A DNA stretch of 64,000 bases from Flavobacteriaceae bacterium (lineage in GTDB: Bacteria > Bacteroidota > Bacteroidia > Flavobacteriales > Flavobacteriaceae). Positions 56,883 to 64,000 of the stretch are shown in pieces; the stretch's first letter is position 1, and the number at the start of each line of letters is the position of its first letter. Where the stretch lies: the NCBI GenBank assembly GCA_947461425.1, contig CANHKZ010000001.1:1346-65345 (forward strand), given 5' to 3'. Below the pieces are notes generated by a model. The model saw only the letters and a program-made list of their open reading frames with translations. It had not been told where the DNA came from and ran no database searches. The translations under genes and the position numbers were made by a program.

Positions 56883-58238
56883 TTACTTATCCCCATAAAT
56901 CTGAACATCATCAATTTGAAAAGCGCCGTCTAAGGTTAGTGTTCTCCCAGAACCTGTATAGCGAAAGCCAATATGTACTTTCCCTTTATAAGAAGACAAA
57001 TCGATCCCACCTGAACCGACAAATTGATACCAAGGCGTTGCTTGTGTAGGCAATTTAGCCTTGAGCGGAATCCAAGTCGCCGCTGCAATGTTTAAACCAT
57101 CAAAATTTTCTGAAATAAACACGTCTAAAGCATTTAAAGGCGAGTCTACATCTAGATGATGTTGGGCAGAGCGAAAGGTTAAAACCTCATTAGTATAGGT
57201 GTCTAAATCTATTTCTGGAGTAATTAACCAACCCACATTAGAAACTACTTTAGTCCCGCTAATCGCATATTCAGCACAACCATTACCTGAATACACGGAA
57301 CCTTTCCAGTACAAACTACCTTTTTGAACAATGTTTGCCCAACCCGGCAAGTTGATATTGGTATTAGCAACAGCTGTTTCAAAATTTTCAGAAAAGAACG
57401 AAGTATTGCGTTTACCGGTCATAGTTACATCTTTTTCAGAGCGCGGAATTAGTTGGTAATCGGTGCCGTATTTGGTCAAAATTCCTTTTATTTTTCCACT
57501 TCCTAAAGGAACATCTTTGGTAGAAAAATCGGCAAAACTGCTGGTTCTACAATAGACTTTGTTACCCAATTTGTCTTCAACATTCCAATTGGTGCCTCCA
57601 CCCACATCATTGCTGCTTTCATAATAATGCCTCCCGATAGCTTCTGCAGAAAATTGTACCTCAGCAATTTCTACTAAGGTGTTGAGATAGAGATCATTAA
57701 GCAAATCATTAAGAGAAACAGATTTGGTTAAGACTGATTCGTTGAGTTTAGAACAAGATGCAACTAGGACTTTTTTATAAACATTGGGCGAAAGTCGCCC
57801 AACACCTCCTTCGTTAAACGAATTGACATATATATTCCCAATTCGTAAGCTTCCATAGAAGATATCAGTGTATTGATCTTTGAGTTGGATATAAACTTTA
57901 TTGCCCAATCGGTAATCAATATAGGTGTTGCTTACATCTACAGGAACACTGAACCCAATAGCGGGTTTTTCAGTTGTACCCAATGTTTGAAAGGAAATGG
58001 TTTTAAAAAAATTCCCGTTTTCATCAGAGGACACCACATAAGCTTCAATAATATCGTCGAATTTGTATTGTTTGACAATGGCATCTGCACTGTTGCGAAC
58101 TTCTTCAACAGTTCGGTTAACAGTTAAGTTAGGTTGCGTACATACTAAAGGAGGTAAGGCAATGTCGTCTTTTACACAACTTGTTGCGCTTAGTAACACT
58201 AAAACATAAAAAAAGAGATTTGAAATACGGGTTTTCAT
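56883..58238 (-). CDS. DUF5689-like lipoprotein
   Basis: Lipobox ATSC; VVSSDENGNFFK OB-fold pattern; C-terminal beta-sandwich (WLITP, FQIDD). Confidence 0.75.
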   Translation of the reverse strand: MKTRISNLFFYVLVLLSATSCVKDDIALPPLVCTQPNLTVNRTVEEVRNSADAIVKQYKFDDIIEAYVVSSDENGNFFKTISFQTLGTTEKPAIGFSVPVDVSNTYIDYRLGNKVYIQLKDQYTDIFYGSLRIGNIYVNSFNEGGVGRLSPNVYKKVLVASCSKLNESVLTKSVSLNDLLNDLYLNTLVEIAEVQFSAEAIGRHYYESSNDVGGGTNWNVEDKLGNKVYCRTSSFADFSTKDVPLGSGKIKGILTKYGTDYQLIPRSEKDVTMTGKRNTSFFSENFETAVANTNINLPGWANIVQKGSLYWKGSVYSGNGCAEYAISGTKVVSNVGWLITPEIDLDTYTNEVLTFRSAQHHLDVDSPLNALDVFISENFDGLNIAAATWIPLKAKLPTQATPWYQFVGSGGIDLSSYKGKVHIGFRYTGSGRTLTLDGAFQIDDVQIYGDK

Positions 58239-58250
58239 AATATTAGGGTA

Positions 58251-61088
58251 TTATAAGTTAATAGCAAGGCTTATAAAATAGGTTCTTCCATAGCCATAAA
58301 AATATTTGTTGCCAAAGTTGGGAGTTCCGCTGGAAATTTCTTGATTGCGTTGCCTGAAGGTGGCATTTCTAGCTTGTTCGTAACCGCCTGTTTTGAATGA
58401 AGTGTTTAATAAATTGTTGATACTAACAAACAAGTTCAAGTTCTTTTTAAGAATCCGCCACGACTTTCCACCGACTAAATTCAACAACATAACAGCAGCC
58501 AAATTTTCTTGTTTTAAAAGCACTTTAGCGCGCTCTTCATCCGCTTCAGGAAATGGGAATCCGCTAGCCGGATTGGTAAAAAAAACCGAAGTACGGGCTA
58601 TGGGAGATATGTCGACATAACGGTTAGCTAAATAATTTAGATTGGCGCTTACCCACCAATAGCTGCGATTTCTATATTCCAATCCTATCGAATACCCCTG
58701 TTGAGGTGTACCCGCTTGGCGGTAATTTTTGAGTGCAGCAGTGCCAAAATCAAAAACAGGCAAGCTGTTTTCAGCAGATGCTTTCGCATCGTTGGTAATA
58801 GTCACTTTGGGATTACTTGAATAGATATATTCGCCAAAACCCGCCGCAAAAACAGTTTTCAAAGTGGGATCAATTTGGTACTCTAAACTCAGTTCGGTTC
58901 CCCAATTCTTTTTATCCAGTTGCGTTAGGGTTTGGCTAACAAAGCCGTTAGTATTAGTATTCCCTGCGCCGTTGTCAAAAATACCTTCAGCATAAAAAAA
59001 AGAGGTTTCGGTTGCGTTTTTTATTTGGCTAAAATAACCTGTGAATCTCATTTTTAATTTTGGCGAACGATAGACATAACTCGCATCTATACTACTGTTG
59101 TTTTCATTTTCGATTCCGGCTACTAGTGCATTGTTGAGGCGGGAATTAGGGAAAGCAGCTTTCAGATTTGGGGCTTTGGAGGCGTGTGAGCTATTGAAAA
59201 GCAGTAACTGTTTGCCTGATAATTTCCAAGTAATTCCACCTTTGAAACCAAAGTTTTCGAAATGAATAGTTGGGCTTTTACCAAAAGAATTCGTTGGATA
59301 AATCCCGTTTTTAAACAATCCTTCGCGTTGATATATTGAGGTCGAAAACTCTTGAGCCAAGTAAAAATCCACTTTTTTGTACTGGAATTGGAATTGGGTA
59401 AACCCATTACAACGTGTAGCAAACAAATTAAAATTGTACCCATAAGAATCACCTTCTTTCACTTGTCGGTTGGGGTGGTTTAAATCAGATTGCGCTTGAT
59501 TGCCTTTGTAAAAGGTATCAATATCTTCAAAATACAATCCGCCTAATAAATCCAATACATTCTGATAATTATGTGACTGTAATTTATGGAAAGAAGCCCC
59601 TGCATTTAGTCGTATATTTTCCGATAGCTCTGAATTCAAAAGCGCATTGAAAGCTAAGGTTGTATCGTCCGTTCGATCTTCATAAAGAATGTATTTGCTT
59701 TGTGCCGGTTCAAAACCCGTGATGTTGCCATTAGCATCCGTAATTGGATTTTGATTGGCTTGATACATGGCAGTCCAATCAATTTGCGGTTGGGATAAAA
59801 ATAGTGTTTTACTAAGATTGGCATTTGCTAAATCAGGGGTATAAGCACCCGAAAACTCCCCCTCATCTTTGGCGTGTAGTGAACTAAAATAACTCGGCAT
59901 TTTTTTATAATAAGAGGGATCGGGGCTATTGGCATGTTGGTAATCAATAGTGCTATTTCCAATTTTTCCAAATTGGTAAAGCACACCCAAATGGAGTTGG
60001 GTGGAAGTATTAATTTTGAAATAATCGTTCAGCATCAAGACCGGTTCTTCGATAGTTTTAACACGTGAATTGCGTTGTTGTCCGTTTTGAACACCCCAAT
60101 ACGAATTGTATTTTGTAGAAGTTAAATGGATTATTTCATCTGTGTTTGGCGAATTTTTCCCTCGGGAATTTGGGGTAAAAAAAGCCGTGAAGTTCAGTGA
60201 ATTACGATCAGTAAGTTTTTTTTCGATACTGGTAAAAAAGGAATTAGCATCATAGGTTGTTCCTTGAAAATTCCCCTCATCAGCATATCGTTTTCCTGCT
60301 GAAACTACAAACGCCCAACCTTTTTCGTTCATCCCTGAAGCATAAGTAACCATAGTACGCCATTGGTAATTAGTGTTGGTTCCAGAAAACGAAATCCGTG
60401 TTCCTTTTTTGTAAGTTGATGCTTGTGTGCTGATGTGTTGCGTTCCTAAAATACCTCCAAAGGCATAATCAGAAGGACTGGTGCCAATACTGATCTCTTG
60501 ATTGCGCAACACATCGTTGAGACCACCCCAGTTGCCCCATTGTGGTCTTCCATCATAGATCTTGTTCATTGTTATTCCGTTAATCAATAGGGCTGCATAT
60601 TGATTATCGAGACCACGAACCCTATATCTTGCTTGTCCCCAATTGAAAGCCGCCGCTTGTTGGAAAGCATCCCTAGAAGCCTGTAATAATCCTGATGTAC
60701 TTTCCGAACCACCGTTGTCCTCGTCTAAGTCATTGTCTAAAATAGAAATGACAATAGCCCGTTCATTTAGTTCATCGTCATCTTCCAAAGGAATATTGCC
60801 CAAGTCTAGTATTTGTTCTTTACCAATTACGATCGCAATCAGTTTGTCTTTGTATCCTTGACTGTGAAAAAGCAGTAATTGTTTGCCTTGTAAATTAGTC
60901 TTTATTTGGAATTTCCCCTTGGAAGAAGTTAATGCCATTGTAGCGCTATTCTGAATAGTCACAACAATAGAAACCAAAGGATTTTGTGATTTTAAATCGA
61001 TTACATTTCCAGTAATAAGAGTTTCTTTTTGAGCAAAAACCCAATTTATTTGGAATAGAAATAGTAGAATTGGGATATAGGATTTCAT
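58251..61088 (-). CDS. TonB-dependent receptor-like outer membrane protein with N-terminal CarboxypepD_reg domain
   Basis: Signal peptide, plug-like RVRGLD...INGI...WGGLNDV, C-terminal YGYGRTYFISLAINL beta-strand. Confidence 0.85.
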   Translation of the reverse strand: MKSYIPILLFLFQINWVFAQKETLITGNVIDLKSQNPLVSIVVTIQNSATMALTSSKGKFQIKTNLQGKQLLLFHSQGYKDKLIAIVIGKEQILDLGNIPLEDDDELNERAIVISILDNDLDEDNGGSESTSGLLQASRDAFQQAAAFNWGQARYRVRGLDNQYAALLINGITMNKIYDGRPQWGNWGGLNDVLRNQEISIGTSPSDYAFGGILGTQHISTQASTYKKGTRISFSGTNTNYQWRTMVTYASGMNEKGWAFVVSAGKRYADEGNFQGTTYDANSFFTSIEKKLTDRNSLNFTAFFTPNSRGKNSPNTDEIIHLTSTKYNSYWGVQNGQQRNSRVKTIEEPVLMLNDYFKINTSTQLHLGVLYQFGKIGNSTIDYQHANSPDPSYYKKMPSYFSSLHAKDEGEFSGAYTPDLANANLSKTLFLSQPQIDWTAMYQANQNPITDANGNITGFEPAQSKYILYEDRTDDTTLAFNALLNSELSENIRLNAGASFHKLQSHNYQNVLDLLGGLYFEDIDTFYKGNQAQSDLNHPNRQVKEGDSYGYNFNLFATRCNGFTQFQFQYKKVDFYLAQEFSTSIYQREGLFKNGIYPTNSFGKSPTIHFENFGFKGGITWKLSGKQLLLFNSSHASKAPNLKAAFPNSRLNNALVAGIENENNSSIDASYVYRSPKLKMRFTGYFSQIKNATETSFFYAEGIFDNGAGNTNTNGFVSQTLTQLDKKNWGTELSLEYQIDPTLKTVFAAGFGEYIYSSNPKVTITNDAKASAENSLPVFDFGTAALKNYRQAGTPQQGYSIGLEYRNRSYWWVSANLNYLANRYVDISPIARTSVFFTNPASGFPFPEADEERAKVLLKQENLAAVMLLNLVGGKSWRILKKNLNLFVSINNLLNTSFKTGGYEQARNATFRQRNQEISSGTPNFGNKYFYGYGRTYFISLAINL

Positions 61089-61276
61089 ACAATTTGGGAT
61101 TAAAATGAAATTATATTTTTCAAAACCTCAGGGGGTCTAAAGTTCTGAAAAGCAAATAGTAAAAAACACACAAGCTGGTATTTTCTCCAATTTACAAGCT
61201 AAAAGTACTACTATTTTTTATTTTTTCACCAAGTTTTTTTCCTTAGTGTGGCAAAGTTAAAAATGCAAAATTAATT

Positions 61277-62488
61277 TTATGTTGCGGTTTTGATTTTGGA
61301 TACCATAAAAGAAATAAGAACACCAAACACGCCAATAAAAGCAAAAGAAAATTGCAATCCAAAAGCTTCGGCTATGTAACCAATAATTGGCGGACCCATT
61401 AAAAATCCTAAGAAACTGACGCTCGCCACAGCGGTTAAGGCTTCGCCGGTTGGAATAGTAGGATGTTTTCCCGCAATACTATATAAAGTTGGGATAATAG
61501 TCGAAACGCCCAATCCTACAAACATAAAAGCAATCGTACAGGGAATTAAATAAGGAAAAAATACTGCTGTAAAAAGACCGCTGGAAATGACTACACCGCT
61601 AATTTGCATAACTCGTTTTCTTCCAAATTTTAAAATAAACCGATCGCCTAAAAAACGGCCGCTTGCCATCATAATCATAAACGAAGTGTATCCTAAAATC
61701 ACCAAAGGACCTGGCGCTTTAACCACATCTTTAAAATACAAACCGCTCCAGTCAAACATTACGCCTTCGCTTGCCATACAACAGAATCCTATGATGCCTA
61801 ACCATAATAACATTTTGTCTGGTTTTCGGAATCCTTTTTCTTTTTTGGGTTGCGGTTTTTCAATGGCTTTGATGAGGTATTTGATGTTGAACGAAATCAG
61901 AGATAAAACAAAAATGCCTACAATCGCGAAGTGTTGTAATGGTGTTAGTTCCAGCGCTAACATACCCAATCCCACAAAAGCGCCAGTAAAACCCGCCAAA
62001 CTCCACATACCGTGGAAAGAAGACATAATGGTTTTTCTAAACAAACCTTCGGTATACACCCCTTGGGTATTTACAGAAATGTTCGATAGATTTCCAAAAA
62101 CACCAAAAAAGAACAATCCTAAAGCTAATAACCAAGGATTTGTTGCCAAGCCCAAACAGGTCAAACTTATGGTGTACATAATTATGGCAAAAAGAAGCGT
62201 GTTGTGACTGCCAAAACGAGTGACTAATTTTCCAGAAAAGGGCATCATCACTAATTGACCTACTGGAACCGCAAATAAAATGGAACCTAAAGTAGCTTCG
62301 CTAAGATGTAAAGTCGTTTTAATATCCGGAATTCGACTTGCCCAAGAGGCAAAACACAATCCCATCCCAAAATAAAACGAACCAACTCCTAATCGGATTC
62401 TGTTTAAGTACGAGGCTTTGGCTTCGCGGTAGCTTTTTTTGTATTTTCCTTTACCTTTAAACCGGCCTAAAAAGTTTAAATCAATCAA
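61277..62488 (-). CDS. MFS transporter
   Basis: About 12 TMs; WASRIPDIK, SSFHGMWSLAG and GPPIIG motifs; start codon uncertain. Confidence 0.88.
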   Translation of the reverse strand: MIDLNFLGRFKGKGKYKKSYREAKASYLNRIRLGVGSFYFGMGLCFASWASRIPDIKTTLHLSEATLGSILFAVPVGQLVMMPFSGKLVTRFGSHNTLLFAIIMYTISLTCLGLATNPWLLALGLFFFGVFGNLSNISVNTQGVYTEGLFRKTIMSSFHGMWSLAGFTGAFVGLGMLALELTPLQHFAIVGIFVLSLISFNIKYLIKAIEKPQPKKEKGFRKPDKMLLWLGIIGFCCMASEGVMFDWSGLYFKDVVKAPGPLVILGYTSFMIMMASGRFLGDRFILKFGRKRVMQISGVVISSGLFTAVFFPYLIPCTIAFMFVGLGVSTIIPTLYSIAGKHPTIPTGEALTAVASVSFLGFLMGPPIIGYIAEAFGLQFSFAFIGVFGVLISFMVSKIKTAT

Positions 62489-62687
62489 AATGAATCTTTA
62501 AGATTTTGTGTTGCAAAAATACAAAAACGGACAGTTCGAAAGCGATAAATCTGTAATGTTACTCAATTACAACGTTATTGTTTATAAAAATTTACCACTA
62601 AGGCGCAAAGGCACAATGTTTTTCGAAAAGTTAAGAAATGAAGGAAATTAAGATTTCTCAAATTTCTTCAATCTGCTTTCTACCTAC

Positions 62688-62729
62688 TAAATCGTAAATC
62701 GTAAATCGAATATCGTAAATCGAATATCG
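62688..62729. repeat. heptamer tandem repeat (6 x WAWATCG)
   Basis: taaatcg taaatcg taaatcg aatatcg taaatcg aatatcg. Confidence 0.85.
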
Positions 62730-62732
62730 TAT

Positions 62733-63776
62733 TTACCCTATCGTTATTACTTTTTGTTGGGCATTACTTTCAATGGCCGCTTCAATAATTTGCATTACGT
62801 TAGCACCATCTTGAGCGGTAACTGGTTCGGGGTTGTTTTCTAGTATCGAATGGTATAGCCCGTCAAAATAGCCGTAATAATTTCCCTGAAGTGTCGGTAT
62901 TTTTTCTCGAATAATGGCTCCATTAATTTCGGTGTGCAACACTCCTTCTTTCTCTTTGGGTTCGGTTCCCCAAGTGGTTAAGTTGGGTATTTTACCTAGT
63001 TTTAAGTCGTCTTCTTGTACATCGCCACGGGGCTTTAAGAACGATCCTTTTTTGCCGTGTAACACAAACGCTGGATTCGCTTCGCGAACAAAAAAACCGG
63101 CCTTCAGCCGCACTCTTTTATCTGTATAATACAACATAATATCAATATAATCGTCCACGACAGAATGTTCTCTTGTGACACGAATATCAGCAAAAACGCT
63201 GTTGGGCATCCCAAACAAACACAAGGCTTGGTCTATTAAATGCGGACCTAAATCTTTCAAAATTCCAGCACCTGGATTGGCGGTTTCTTTGTGAATTTTT
63301 GGACTTAAAACTGGGTTGTAACGATCAAAATGGAACTCGGCTTCTACAATGTCACCCAATACAGTATTCGCAAGTATTTTTTGAACGGTTTTAAAATCGC
63401 TATCCCAACGTCGGTTTTGGAAAACAGCCAATTTTAATCCTTTAGCTTTCGCCAATTCCATCAATTCTTGCGCTTCGGCAACAGTTGTAGTAAAGGCTTT
63501 TTCGACTAAAGCATGTTTGCCTGACAGCAAGACTTTTTTGGCATAGTCGAAATGCGTTTCCACAGGAGTATTCACCACAATCAGTTCGGCATCCGATTCT
63601 AAAACGGCTTCCATATTAGGATAGCTTGTTACAGTTGGATAGTCTTTTTGAATTAATTTTTTACTTCTTTCCCAAGAGCCCAATAGTTCAAAACCTGGGT
63701 GTAGTCTTAAAAAAGGAGCGTGAAATACCTTTCCAGACATACCGTAAGAGAGTAAAGCCGTTTTGATTTTTTGCAT
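62733..63776 (-). CDS. Gfo/Idh/MocA family oxidoreductase
   Basis: SYGMSGKVFHAP, VEKAF, FQNRRWDSDF and DLGPHLIDQ motifs. Confidence 0.92.
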   Translation of the reverse strand: MQKIKTALLSYGMSGKVFHAPFLRLHPGFELLGSWERSKKLIQKDYPTVTSYPNMEAVLESDAELIVVNTPVETHFDYAKKVLLSGKHALVEKAFTTTVAEAQELMELAKAKGLKLAVFQNRRWDSDFKTVQKILANTVLGDIVEAEFHFDRYNPVLSPKIHKETANPGAGILKDLGPHLIDQALCLFGMPNSVFADIRVTREHSVVDDYIDIMLYYTDKRVRLKAGFFVREANPAFVLHGKKGSFLKPRGDVQEDDLKLGKIPNLTTWGTEPKEKEGVLHTEINGAIIREKIPTLQGNYYGYFDGLYHSILENNPEPVTAQDGANVMQIIEAAIESNAQQKVITIG

Positions 63777-64000
63777 GATTTTTTATTTTTGATGCGTATG
63801 CAAAGTACAGTTTTTTTTGCCGCGAAGAAGCATAAGCGTAAAGATTTTTGAGATTCGTAATTCGTAAAATATAAAATAGACAAAATCGAGTATGGAATTG
63901 GTTGGTCATGTAAAAATTTCGGTAATGATTGACGAAAATACAGACAAGGAACAAATGTTTTTGCCAATAATTAATCATCAATTAATTTCCAATAAATTAG

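Noticed and set aside
61587-62207. 206-aa plus-strand ORF and other short antisense ORFs inside purD, gltX, suf genes, hflX and similar
   Set aside because: Fully nested opposite well-supported genes and lacking recognisable motifs
63688-64000. ORFs at the right edge (minus 63688..63981 and 63707..63967; plus open frame from 63892)
   Set aside because: No recognisable motifs, overlap with microrepeats or the promoter region, and truncated context

Overview
AT-rich Bacteroidota chromosome segment, most likely Flavobacterium (TAnnTTTG promoter elements, Flavobacterium-type DUF genes and repeats). It appears to contain the replication origin: an 809-bp AT-rich rpiB-rnr spacer holds about 10 degenerate DnaA boxes, gene orientation switches there, and three parS sites lie near mnmG. 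Most genes are housekeeping (upp, purD, rpiB, rnr, folB, glnS, gltX, ybeY, mnmG, dprA, trpS, suf cluster, hflX, tRNA-Cys). The standout is a low-GC island between purD and a UDP-glucuronate decarboxylase gene (about 4.1-9.4 kb). It carries an integron-like array of three co-oriented gene cassettes separated by about 105-150 bp AAC...GTT-bounded elements, with a leader promoter and no integrase in the window. The first cassette encodes a lipoprotein with a Cys-bracketed cationic C-terminal peptide plus an unannotated 56-aa two-TM protein, a candidate toxin-immunity pair. Also present: a tandem duplication of the tRNA-Cys 3' end, a nested REP/MITE, a Flavo-1-like RNA, matching palindromic operators at two suf promoters, an orphan AlkB and an orphan SdpI. 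All family names come from recognising sequence motifs by eye; no database searches were run.
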